24,673 nt of DNA from a virus (Duplodnaviria > Caudoviricetes), in the IMG/VR virus record IMGVR_UViG_3300027863_000173, positions 1-24,673 of that record. One strand, 5' to 3'. Position 1 is the stretch's first letter. The number at the start of each line of letters is the position of its first letter. A model generated the notes under the pieces. It worked only from the letters and a program-made list of their open reading frames with translations, made no database searches and had not been told where the DNA came from. A program made the translations under genes and the position numbers. Of the stretch, positions 6,595 through 15,394 are shown in pieces.

Positions 6595-7383
6595 TTACAA
6601 GTTATTTACGTTTTTAATAATAGAAATATCATTCTTTTCCAAAGCTAGGTCAATAACCTGGTTAGCCTTTTCAATTCGTGCCCGAAGCCGAGCGAGATTA
6701 AATTTGTGATCCATTTTTACAACCCTGACAATATGCATCTTTAACGGATCATCTTCTTTGCTCCGGGGGTCATAAGATACGAAATCGCACCATTCGGCCT
6801 GATCGTCTAAAAGATGCCCAAGGAATTGCCAATAGTAGTCATCTTTTTCAGATATGGCGGTAATGGTGCAATAATCGTAATGAATTGCACCGCTTTCGGG
6901 GCATTTGATTTCAGCCCGGCCAATACCATCTAAAGTTATTCCGTCGGGAGAATCCCCAAAGTTTTCAAAAGGCTCCACAAAAACGATATCATCAAAATCA
7001 AATGAACCAGATCGCATGTCAATACCGGTTTTGTTTTTGTAAAACTCCAAAGCTTCAGGTTCATATTGTTTGCCCCATTCCAATGCCTTAACACCTTTCA
7101 ATGAAGGCCGCTCTATTCCGGTACGGCGTTCGTGGGCAACTTCAAACATAGTTGTAATAGCAGTTTGCCCCCACTCTTCGCCTTTTGCCCGGCCTGACTT
7201 CATTAGATTGGGGAGTTTCGAAGCTGTAATTTTCCCTATCCTTTTTTGCTTCCACCTATCCTCCCTTGCCAACCATTCTGCCTCAATTCCCATAGGTTTA
7301 GCAAGTATCTCAGTTCGGGCTTCAATGGATTCGAAAAGCTTTTCGAGGCCAGACTTATCTGGCTTTAATGCATCTTCGATCAT
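6595..7383 (-). CDS. YqaJ/lambda exonuclease family protein
   Basis: WKQKRIGKITAS, LEWGKQYEPEA, SPDG, EIKCP, YYWQ, WCDFVSYDPR motifs. Confidence 0.9.
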   Translation of the reverse strand: MIEDALKPDKSGLEKLFESIEARTEILAKPMGIEAEWLAREDRWKQKRIGKITASKLPNLMKSGRAKGEEWGQTAITTMFEVAHERRTGIERPSLKGVKALEWGKQYEPEALEFYKNKTGIDMRSGSFDFDDIVFVEPFENFGDSPDGITLDGIGRAEIKCPESGAIHYDYCTITAISEKDDYYWQFLGHLLDDQAEWCDFVSYDPRSKEDDPLKMHIVRVVKMDHKFNLARLRARIEKANQVIDLALEKNDISIIKNVNNL

Positions 7384-7940
7384 ACGCCTTGCGTTTTAAG
7401 TATTTCCAACAACCCCTTAACATGATCCTTGTACTCAACTTGCTCATTCAAATGTGAATTTTGTTTTACGATTTGCATGAGGAGGGCGGTTGATTCGTTG
7501 ATACCGTTGATGTAATTGGTAAGCTGATCACCCGTATAAAGAATCTGGCCTTTGGCGGTTTTGGCGTATTTGCCTTCAGCGGAATCTAGGGTTTTTGTAC
7601 CGATAAAATAAAGATCTCGGCCAATGCCCCAAAGAACTGCCGCGCGCTTAAAAGCATCTGAGGCTTTACCTTTAATCTTTTCGACATTGGATTCGGTGCC
7701 TACGTCAGATTTCCAAATCCATTCTTCGTCAATCTTAATACCAATACTAGCAACCCCAGATTCAGCATCATAAGTATTTTGCCAGTTTGCCCGACCAACG
7801 ACAATATCGAGTCGTTCATGAACTGCGCGGGCATCCAAATACGGAACACATACCGCTTTATTCCCTTTTACTGATTGAATTCGCCATCTCGGTTCGATGG
7901 GTTCTGAAAGTGCCGTTAAATCAATTGTTTTTGTTTCCAT
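7380..7940 (-). CDS. Rad52/Sak-family single-strand annealing protein
   Basis: YLDARAVHERLD...WQNTY...KSDVG...KGKASDAFKRAAVLWGIGRDLY. Confidence 0.88.
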   Translation of the reverse strand: METKTIDLTALSEPIEPRWRIQSVKGNKAVCVPYLDARAVHERLDIVVGRANWQNTYDAESGVASIGIKIDEEWIWKSDVGTESNVEKIKGKASDAFKRAAVLWGIGRDLYFIGTKTLDSAEGKYAKTAKGQILYTGDQLTNYINGINESTALLMQIVKQNSHLNEQVEYKDHVKGLLEILKTQGV

Positions 7941-7969
7941 CTATTCTGGTTTTTAAAATTAAGTTCTGT

Positions 7970-7999
7970 AAACAAAGCCCCGGCAATAATACCGGGGCT
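7970..7999 (-). terminator. intrinsic terminator-like hairpin
   Basis: AGCCCCGG (7976-7983) / CCGGGGCT (7992-7999), followed on the minus strand by TTGTTT. Confidence 0.65.
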
Positions 8000-8041
8000 G
8001 TCCCTCTCTACCAACTACTAGCCGAAGATGGTCGGCACCGT

Positions 8042-8176
8042 TTATGATTTAAACCTATCATCCTCCGGGTTTTTAAATTCCCTGTATTCAACCGGTTTTT
8101 TGTTTTTCCCAAAAATACAAGCAAATACAAATAATGCTATAAAGCCAATGATAAGGATGTAGTCTGTTGTATTCAT
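8042..8176 (-). CDS. 44-aa single-pass membrane peptide (not in ORF track)
   Basis: MNTTDYILIIGFIALFVFACIFGKNKKPVEYREFKNPEDDRFKS*; hydrophobic helix then basic residues; fills the gap after the ATPase gene. Confidence 0.6.
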   Translation of the reverse strand: MNTTDYILIIGFIALFVFACIFGKNKKPVEYREFKNPEDDRFKS

Positions 8177-8191
8177 TTTGTAAATATACGG

Positions 8192-9898
8192 TTATTTTTG
8201 CAACAATTCCCCATTTTCAATCAAAAATTGTCCCGGTTCCAAACCTTCTATTGTAAAGTCACCGGTAACACCGACAACAATTGTCAGATTATACTTTTCC
8301 TGAATTTGCAAAAGAAGATCGCGGGTCTTTTTGTCAATAGGACATTCGATCCACATAAGGCGAAGTCCGTCTTCGTTTTTCTTTAGCTTTTCTTCCAAAA
8401 GATATATTTGCATCAAAATAGCGATAATAGGACGCTGTGTCTGGCTGTATTGCGTTAACAAACGATCCTCCTTCTTTGTATTGCCAAAGAACTCAGGATT
8501 ATGAACACCATTGTACATTGTTCGAATCTCTGATTTTTCCTCGTCGCCTACAATCTGAATGGACAGTCCCGGAACGCCCAAATCAATCTTTGAATACATT
8601 TCGCAATATTCGCGCCAAATTGATTTTACCAGTTCATCAGATTCTTGCCAATCGTAAAAGGCAGACCAGCGCTCAGCTATTTTATTGGAAATACGGGCAT
8701 GGTTAATGATAGCATCATAATCATTAGCCGATTGATCGTCGATATATTCGGGAAGTTCTTCTTTGGATAGGGATTCTTTTTGAGACCAGATGGGAATAAG
8801 TTTTTCCCTCAAAAGTTTGATATCTTGAAGGTGCAACCAGGTATCTTCATCGACTTTATCAAGATAATATTCTGTAAATGCAATAGGGTTTATTTTCCCA
8901 TTTTCATCGAAAGGGATAACTTCAAATTCAGGCTCCTTCATTTCGTCCACCCATTTCTTCACATCTGCAAAATTTGGATAACCCAATCTTTCGAGAATAA
9001 AATAAGCCTCATTTGCCTCTGCGAGCTTATTGGCAAAATTTTCTTTAGCATTACCGATATTGTCATTGTATGAAACCAATTTCGCCGTAAGGATCGAAGC
9101 TTTTGCGGTAATTTCGTTAATCTGCTTTTGAAGTTCGTCTTTCTTCTTTCCTTGCATCTCATACCAATCCTTTTGCCACTTATCCTTTCTGCCTTGCAGT
9201 TCAGCGGCGGCGGTTGCCTTCTTAATTTCCAAGGCTTGAATGTCAATCAAGGCCGGCACATTTGTTTCATTCAATCCTTCAGCGTCAAAAGCCTCTTTAA
9301 AAGCATTTAGGCCCCGGCGAATAATATGTTTGTTTTGTCGGTCCATTTTAGCCTGTTCGAGTCGCCAAAGAATAGAATTCACATAGGCAGGGCTTTTGGT
9401 GTCAAAAATTACACCCATTTCTTTAAGCTTATGCGAATAAATTTTCATCATAAACTCAAGGTGAGTGCGAGGGTTTTCGGAAAGGAAATCGTCAATACCA
9501 AATGTTAAATCAGTACGAAGCGCATCCCGGAGGGCGGCGGCGGTAAGTTTCTTCCCTTGGATAACCGGGTCACGGGCAATCTTACCTTCGCTGTCTTTTA
9601 CGTAGGCCACAGATGTAACGTCGCCGTTTTTGGCCGTGTAGGTGCGAAGGTAAACAGGCATGTCACCGTATGTCAACTTGACTTCAACATCTATGTTTTT
9701 AAACTTCGATGTGTCAAAGGGTAACATCTGTTGATTACCAGATGAGATAGCCGTTTCCGTGGCTTGCTTTAAGGTAGTTTTACCGGCTCCGACATTGGCC
9801 CTAACTTCGATGAGGTTGCCTGTTTCGACAAATTCAACGGTTTGGGCTTTTAAAATGCCGAAAGAGTTGTTTAGGGAGAGAGAGATTAGTTTGCTCAT
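8192..9898 (-). CDS. SMC/Rad50-like coiled-coil ATPase
   Basis: N-terminal Walker A ANVGAGKTT, long central coiled coil, C-terminal signature-like YSQTQR and degenerate Walker B LMWIECPID. Confidence 0.75.
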   Translation of the reverse strand: MSKLISLSLNNSFGILKAQTVEFVETGNLIEVRANVGAGKTTLKQATETAISSGNQQMLPFDTSKFKNIDVEVKLTYGDMPVYLRTYTAKNGDVTSVAYVKDSEGKIARDPVIQGKKLTAAALRDALRTDLTFGIDDFLSENPRTHLEFMMKIYSHKLKEMGVIFDTKSPAYVNSILWRLEQAKMDRQNKHIIRRGLNAFKEAFDAEGLNETNVPALIDIQALEIKKATAAAELQGRKDKWQKDWYEMQGKKKDELQKQINEITAKASILTAKLVSYNDNIGNAKENFANKLAEANEAYFILERLGYPNFADVKKWVDEMKEPEFEVIPFDENGKINPIAFTEYYLDKVDEDTWLHLQDIKLLREKLIPIWSQKESLSKEELPEYIDDQSANDYDAIINHARISNKIAERWSAFYDWQESDELVKSIWREYCEMYSKIDLGVPGLSIQIVGDEEKSEIRTMYNGVHNPEFFGNTKKEDRLLTQYSQTQRPIIAILMQIYLLEEKLKKNEDGLRLMWIECPIDKKTRDLLLQIQEKYNLTIVVGVTGDFTIEGLEPGQFLIENGELLQK

Positions 9899-9942
9899 AA
9901 AATTTTAAATATTAATTTCCTGTAAAATTAATACTATTTTTA

Positions 9943-10299
9943 CTAAACACAAACTTTTTTCAAGAAATTTTCAATTAATTTTATTGTACCGTCGGAAACA
10001 GGCTGTAAGTTAATGACATTGAATATTGTTTTCGGAGAAACCCCAATGGATTCCGAAAGTTTTTCAATACTTGTTTTGGATGATTGTTTGTATTCAATTA
10101 ACTTGTTTACGGTCACTTCTGGATCGTTTAAGTTATCCAGAAAGTAATCAATAGTCATTTCGGTACGCCGGGAAACTTCTTTGCAATCCAGCACTTTAAT
10201 TAAAGTACTGTCTGAAATACCTATATTTTTTGAAAGTCGATCTTTGCTCCAGCCAGATTCCTGAAGTTTTTTGAGTTCTGCAAGTCGTTTATATGCCAT
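9943..10299 (-). CDS. tandem XRE-like helix-turn-helix protein
   Basis: Two similar HTH units (SKDRLSKNIGISDSTLIKVL; SIEKLSESIGVSPKTIFNVI). Start set to ATG 10299, just downstream of a promoter motif. Confidence 0.75.
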   Translation of the reverse strand: MAYKRLAELKKLQESGWSKDRLSKNIGISDSTLIKVLDCKEVSRRTEMTIDYFLDNLNDPEVTVNKLIEYKQSSKTSIEKLSESIGVSPKTIFNVINLQPVSDGTIKLIENFLKKVCV

Positions 10300-10318
10300 A
10301 ATTTTGAGATATTTTAGG

Positions 10319-10341
10319 CAAATATAATACTTTTTTTGCAA
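10319..10341 (-). promoter_or_regulatory. Bacteroidota-type promoter, 23-bp direct repeat copy 1
   Basis: TTGCAAAAAAAGTATTATATTTG contains TAnnTTTG; identical to 10462-10484. Confidence 0.75.
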
Positions 10342-10342
10342 T

Positions 10343-10372
10343 AAAAAAGCCTATCGCATGACGATAGGCTTT
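10343..10372 (-). terminator. intrinsic terminator
   Basis: AAAGCCTATCG-catga-CGATAGGCTTT perfect stem; T6 tract on the minus strand. Confidence 0.8.
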
Positions 10373-10461
10373 CATTTCATTTTTTTTAATTACTACTGTT
10401 TTAGTTTTTCATGGCTACATGAATTAGTTTGTTTTTAAACAAAATTGTTTACAAGCAAGAA

Positions 10462-10484
10462 CAAATATAATACTTTTTTTGCAA
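10462..10484 (-). promoter_or_regulatory. Bacteroidota-type promoter, 23-bp direct repeat copy 2
   Basis: Identical to 10319-10341. Confidence 0.75.
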
Positions 10485-10487
10485 AAC

Positions 10488-10521
10488 AAAAAAGGCCACG
10501 ATATCACATCGGAGCCTTTTT
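10488..10521 (-). terminator. intrinsic terminator closing the late operon (possibly bidirectional)
   Basis: AAAAAGGC...CGAT-atcac-ATCG...GCCTTTTT with T tracts on both strands. Confidence 0.75.
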
Positions 10522-10568
10522 CGCTAACTAACATTTACAACTACTAACTATTTATTAACCACCTAAAC

Positions 10569-10757
10569 CTATTCATTTTTATAAGTTAAACCAGTTATAG
10601 CCCCCAATGCAGAAACTGCAATAATAGCCGGCATATACCAGTATCTATTAACAAAGCTATCGCCGCTTAATAGGTCCCTTGTTTCAATTCGCAGAAAGAC
10701 AAATAACAAAATTGCGGCAATACAAATTATAAGTGAAATTATTCCTAGTATTTTCAT
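10569..10757 (-). CDS. small two-helix membrane protein
   Basis: Two hydrophobic segments; ATGA overlap with the upstream gene. Confidence 0.65.
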   Translation of the reverse strand: MKILGIISLIICIAAILLFVFLRIETRDLLSGDSFVNRYWYMPAIIAVSALGAITGLTYKNE

Positions 10758-11113
10758 TTTGTGACTTTTAAACGTTCACCACATGCAATCATAGTCTGAC
10801 GAACCAAGCGAGATTGAATTATACAACCTAAAGAAGCCTCTCCAGGATGTTCCCGGTCGTCTCCGTGACATAAAAACTGAGACCTTCCATACATCTCATT
10901 TTCAGGATCGGGAATTAAAGGTATGGAATAATCCCCAGTATGATCTGAATTAAAAGGCTTGCCCAATTGATAATTTCCCTCTGGAATAGGGCCAACATTT
11001 TTAACCGATTGCATCTCGGGGTTATTTTTGCCCACCCCATGCCCGGAATACCCTTGGCCTAAAATTTCACCGTTATCCTTTTTTAGAATTCCTGTTGATT
11101 GGCTGTATATCAT
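10754..11113 (-). CDS. Tlde1/DUF2778-like L,D-transpeptidase-fold peptidoglycan enzyme
   Basis: GYSGHG...NNP...GPIPEGNY...GRSQFLCHGD...ASLGCII, with His and SxGC catalytic-type motif. Confidence 0.8.
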   Translation of the reverse strand: MIYSQSTGILKKDNGEILGQGYSGHGVGKNNPEMQSVKNVGPIPEGNYQLGKPFNSDHTGDYSIPLIPDPENEMYGRSQFLCHGDDREHPGEASLGCIIQSRLVRQTMIACGERLKVTK

Positions 11114-11469
11114 TTTTTTAAAAGTATATCAATTTTATGATCCATTGATGCCATAAATTCATGAATAGCATTAATGTGCTGATTTAAATTCTCTTTTTCC
11201 TCTTTTACTTTTTCATCGACATAAGTAATATCTGCTTTCTTTTTGATAGATTCTTCCATATTATCAATTTTTTTTGATATCGATGCAACTATCCATCGAA
11301 TAACCCATCCAACCCCAGCGCCAATAATACCTAATAATGACAAAAAATAGGCATCAAAATTTTTTCCAAGGTAATTTTTCCCATACCATTTAGCTGACAG
11401 CATTAGAAGCAACCCAAAAGCTATTGCGGTTAAAAAACCTATAAATGACACGCGAAATCCTTCTTTCAT
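11110..11469 (-). CDS. membrane protein with C-terminal coiled coil (holin/lysis accessory candidate)
   Basis: Two hydrophobic helices then a charged heptad-like region; ATGA overlaps at both ends. Confidence 0.6.
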   Translation of the reverse strand: MKEGFRVSFIGFLTAIAFGLLLMLSAKWYGKNYLGKNFDAYFLSLLGIIGAGVGWVIRWIVASISKKIDNMEESIKKKADITYVDEKVKEEKENLNQHINAIHEFMASMDHKIDILLKK

Positions 11470-11843
11470 TTTTTTAAAACATTTAAGGCAATTGTGAAAA
11501 CTAAAATAAAAATTGAGAGTCCAAGACTAATAGCTTTTGAATCTAACCACTTAACATAAGTAGGCATATCGCTATTAATCAATAAGGAAAAGAAAACAAA
11601 TTTGAAAACGAGGTAAATCCTAAAAAATAGAAGAGAAAAAATATCGAGAGAATAAAAAGTATGTTTTACAGCAGATTGCGCCCAATAAAACATCATGCCA
11701 TATATCATAAAATAAAAAAACACGCTTCGCCACGGCGAAAAATCAACGTATCCAACCATTGAGATAGTTGGATACGTCAGCATGTAGACAAGCATGCCTA
11801 CAAAAAAAATGAATATGGCCAATGTTTTACCGCCGTGTCTCAT
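11466..11843 (-). CDS. multi-pass membrane protein
   Basis: About four hydrophobic segments in 125 aa; ATGA overlaps at both ends. Confidence 0.65.
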   Translation of the reverse strand: MRHGGKTLAIFIFFVGMLVYMLTYPTISMVGYVDFSPWRSVFFYFMIYGMMFYWAQSAVKHTFYSLDIFSLLFFRIYLVFKFVFFSLLINSDMPTYVKWLDSKAISLGLSIFILVFTIALNVLKK

Positions 11844-12091
11844 CCTTTAGGAGGAATTACAGGTTCAGTATTACCGGCCTGTATTTGGTTCGGCGTTTTA
11901 GTCGTTCCGGCAGGGGTCTTCCCGGTAAAATACCCAATAAGTCCACCTGTAATAGCAACCAATATCCCACACACGCCATTTACCCATGTAGGCAATGCAA
12001 CTGCACCACTGGCTGAAGTTGTTAAAATGGCTGTACAAATTGCAAATATAATTCCGCAAATGTTTGTGATTTTGTCCTTTAAATTATTCAT
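11840..12091 (-). CDS. holin-like small membrane protein
   Basis: 83 aa, two predicted TM helices, hydrophilic tail; upstream of the peptidoglycan enzyme. Confidence 0.55.
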   Translation of the reverse strand: MNNLKDKITNICGIIFAICTAILTTSASGAVALPTWVNGVCGILVAITGGLIGYFTGKTPAGTTKTPNQIQAGNTEPVIPPKG

Positions 12092-12101
12092 AATGTATTA
12101 T

Positions 12102-12560
12102 TTAAAATGAAATTGAAATCGAAGTCAAAAACAAAAAGTGATTATCTACAAATCCAACTCCGGCCCCTACCAGTTTATTAAAAGCATCCGCCGTGATTGC
12201 CGCGCCGAATTTTGGCGAAGTAACCCCGTCAATTTTTACCGATGTAAGCAAAATAGCATTTACGCTATAATTACAATAAGGTTGGCCGTTTATTTGGGTA
12301 AAATTTCCATAAGAAACTCCCGTACCGACGCTTGATAAGCTCTGTACTACCGGTTGGGCACCTCCAAATTGAACAGCAACCGCCGTTAAGGAAACTGAGG
12401 GCCGAAAAAGCCATACGCCGGTTCCCCCACCAAGAATTGCCGATTGATTGGTAAATACCGGGTTGGTAGCAACCGGTTTAAAGAATCCTTTAAAAGGAGA
12501 TTGAGCCTGCGTAGTAATTGCCAATGCTAAAAACAATAAGCCAAAAATGAGTTTTTTCAT
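12102..12560 (-). CDS. exported beta-rich protein
   Basis: Signal peptide MKKLIFGLLFLALAITTQA|Q; amphipathic beta-strand pattern; terminal Phe. Confidence 0.7.
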   Translation of the reverse strand: MKKLIFGLLFLALAITTQAQSPFKGFFKPVATNPVFTNQSAILGGGTGVWLFRPSVSLTAVAVQFGGAQPVVQSLSSVGTGVSYGNFTQINGQPYCNYSVNAILLTSVKIDGVTSPKFGAAITADAFNKLVGAGVGFVDNHFLFLTSISISF

Positions 12561-12594
12561 GGTTGAAATTTTAGTTAAACAATAAAGTCCAAAT

Positions 12595-13347
12595 TTACGA
12601 AATTAATCGGATTGTCCAAAAATCTGAGGCTAATCCGGGATTTGTCCAATATTCATATGGCATATAACAGTATCCGAGAATTCCCCATTTGTCCGACCAT
12701 GAATTGCGAATAATAAAGCATTGTTTGCTATCGTCATAACCAACAATATCAATGGCATGACCCCCAAGCTGAGATTCATTTTTACCTGGCATTGGCACAA
12801 TCCCGGTTTTTGCCACCTGGTCGCTTTCAAAACTTTGATAAACTGAAAATCCACCAATGATAGGATACCCGGACGCTAAACATGATTTCATATCATTTAA
12901 AGTCTGAGGAACTACCGAATATTGAACAACTTTATCTTTCAAAGCCTCTGAATAGCATTTTTTTAAAGGTTTTGTTTTAAACTTTGAAATGATATAAGGC
13001 CAATCAGTTTCCGGGCAAACGCCTTGTTTATTTACCGATTTTATTCCATCTCGAATCTGAGCTCCGGAATCATATCGGATTGTACCTTCCATTGCCCGTT
13101 CGTTGTAATAAATGAAAAGCCGGGAAGGCATCAAATCTTGTCCAAATTGTTTTTTATGAGCAAACTGCACAGCCGCACCAATGGCATTTGCTGTACAGCT
13201 TCCTAATTGACCTTGATCGTAAATTGGTGGCATTTGGGAACGAAGATCTACAACTTCAGGTAGTGCTATTGGTTGAGATAATGAAAATAAACGATCCCGA
13301 TGATCGGGCCTTTGCGGAATCCACCCGTATTTATTTATATTTGACAT
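12595..13347 (-). CDS. papain-family (C1A) cysteine peptidase
   Basis: DQGQLGSCTANA (Gln, Cys), GGHAI (His), IRNSW (Asn), SRLFIYYNER; no signal peptide. Confidence 0.92.
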   Translation of the reverse strand: MSNINKYGWIPQRPDHRDRLFSLSQPIALPEVVDLRSQMPPIYDQGQLGSCTANAIGAAVQFAHKKQFGQDLMPSRLFIYYNERAMEGTIRYDSGAQIRDGIKSVNKQGVCPETDWPYIISKFKTKPLKKCYSEALKDKVVQYSVVPQTLNDMKSCLASGYPIIGGFSVYQSFESDQVAKTGIVPMPGKNESQLGGHAIDIVGYDDSKQCFIIRNSWSDKWGILGYCYMPYEYWTNPGLASDFWTIRLIS

Positions 13348-15394
13348 TTTTAGTTTTATATTTTACAATTTTACCTTTATATTTTAAAGACTTAGATATT
13401 AACGAAACTGGCGCAGGATTGTAATCCACAAGTAATATAGCTGACGAATACGGCTGCAAAGTAATATTTGACGCATATTTTGTCGATTTAACATCAATCA
13501 TAGGCACCGGCAATGATATTGATTTTGTGTTTGATGTCTCATTATAATAAAAATACTCATCGTTTACGGTTGTGACCGTTTGAGGTGTTCCCAAAGTATG
13601 AATATCTTTCCCTGAGAATCCTTTCCATTGTGCTATGTTTTTTAACCAATTTGGGAAAGCAGCATTAACAAAAACAACAGTAGTTTGAGCGTATGGTCGG
13701 GCGTAATAATTAGAATCGGCCCAAAATGCTGCCCTATACTTAGTAGTATCTGAAAAGTATAAATAAAAACATTTCTGATAATCAAACGAGCCAGATCCGT
13801 TTGTTTTAGCAACTAAAATATTGTTTACTATCGTGTCATGCGTTGGAATAAATTTTTTGCTACCAAAATATTGATAGGATAATCCGTTTTCAGAGTTGTT
13901 GAAACATTTATTCCAGCGAACTTTATTATATCCTGCTGATGTAATATAAAGTCCAGATCCTGCATTATTGGAACATGAATTATAAGCTACGTTTATACTG
14001 CCGGTTCCCTGATCAAGATATATCCCATGTCCATGATGAACAAATGTAGAACCTTCAACGGCCCCGATTCCATTTAAACATACATTGCTAAATATTCGGC
14101 CATAATGGAAAGCTGTAGAAGTATCTGAATATAAATATATGCCACCTCCGTCATCTAGTACCTGGCAGAATGTATCAACATAATTATACTGTATATGGAT
14201 AGTATCCGAGGCCCAACATGATATACCATTAAAACCTACGTTAGTAATCTTATTATTCCAAACCGTCCATTTGCTCACATTCCCACAGTCTATTGTTCCA
14301 TTTGCCATCGTGTAAGTCTTATTATTGCGCATCCCGTGGAATAACCCTATTTTAGTCACCGTGTTATTTAAAATAGAATCGTTGGCACCAAATGAGGTTT
14401 CGCAGGCGGTTGTATTAATGTCGCTGAATAAACATCCGCTTACAGTAAGGTAATTAATCAACACGTAAATACCAGTTACCCCGTTTTGATTAAAATTGCA
14501 ATTCGTAACCTTAACATGGTTATACCTGGGCGAGTGATCCCAGCAGTATAACGCATTACTATTCGCTCCGGTAAACTGTAGGTTCTTAAAAACAAGATAA
14601 TTTGAATTAATGGTAATAAGATTTTCAACCGTCGAAAGTTTTACATTTGAAGGCTGGGTGGTACTATATATTCGTACCTTTCCAGTCGAAGCATTGTAAA
14701 ACCACTCGTTTTGCTGCGTACAGCAGCGAATATCGTTCTGAAAAAAGAACCCATTACCATTGCTCATACTTTCGCCAATACTCCCAAAATTAATGGTTGA
14801 TCCAGATTGTGAAGTTACAAACGACCGTTTTAAGTGAAATGCCTGGCTTCGTATTACAACCTCTGCATCGGTCCAATTTGGAGTCCCGGTTAGGTCTGAA
14901 CTGGTGAGTGAAGTATATCCGGATGATGTTTGAAAAGTATAATACCCTTTATTCGCCGCAGTAACCTTAGGATAACGCCCCATTGGAGTATTCACCCCGC
15001 CAATGGTAAGCATATTACAAAACGTTAGAGCAGATACCGCACTGGTACTTTCCCAAATATTACTGCCCATATCTGTCCATCCACTCACAGTTGAGAATCC
15101 GGTAATAATTGGATTGGCACCTGTGCCGTAAGCGGCGAATACAATAGAATTGGTTGAATTACCTGACCAGGTTGTCGTAAACGAACCGTAAAACGTATCA
15201 CCACGCCGGAAAAGGATAGAATCACCGGCCACGAATGAGCCTGAATTCACCTTGGACAACGTCGCCCAGGGTGTTGCGGTACTGGTTCCGTTATTCGAAT
15301 CAGATCCGGCATTGCTCACATAATAGTTCATTGCCGAAACCCCAATACTATAAAGTAGTACGGCAATGAATAAAAGTTTTTTTAGTAAGGCCAT
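13331..15394 (-). CDS. right-handed parallel beta-helix (pectin lyase-like) protein with signal peptide; candidate depolymerase
   Basis: YYVSNAGSDSNNGTS...PWATLSKVN...GDSILFRRGDTF N-terminus; DGGGIY, GIYLD and repeated N-x-C-x-NN beta-helix turns. Confidence 0.85.
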   Translation of the reverse strand: MALLKKLLFIAVLLYSIGVSAMNYYVSNAGSDSNNGTSTATPWATLSKVNSGSFVAGDSILFRRGDTFYGSFTTTWSGNSTNSIVFAAYGTGANPIITGFSTVSGWTDMGSNIWESTSAVSALTFCNMLTIGGVNTPMGRYPKVTAANKGYYTFQTSSGYTSLTSSDLTGTPNWTDAEVVIRSQAFHLKRSFVTSQSGSTINFGSIGESMSNGNGFFFQNDIRCCTQQNEWFYNASTGKVRIYSTTQPSNVKLSTVENLITINSNYLVFKNLQFTGANSNALYCWDHSPRYNHVKVTNCNFNQNGVTGIYVLINYLTVSGCLFSDINTTACETSFGANDSILNNTVTKIGLFHGMRNNKTYTMANGTIDCGNVSKWTVWNNKITNVGFNGISCWASDTIHIQYNYVDTFCQVLDDGGGIYLYSDTSTAFHYGRIFSNVCLNGIGAVEGSTFVHHGHGIYLDQGTGSINVAYNSCSNNAGSGLYITSAGYNKVRWNKCFNNSENGLSYQYFGSKKFIPTHDTIVNNILVAKTNGSGSFDYQKCFYLYFSDTTKYRAAFWADSNYYARPYAQTTVVFVNAAFPNWLKNIAQWKGFSGKDIHTLGTPQTVTTVNDEYFYYNETSNTKSISLPVPMIDVKSTKYASNITLQPYSSAILLVDYNPAPVSLISKSLKYKGKIVKYKTKNVKYK

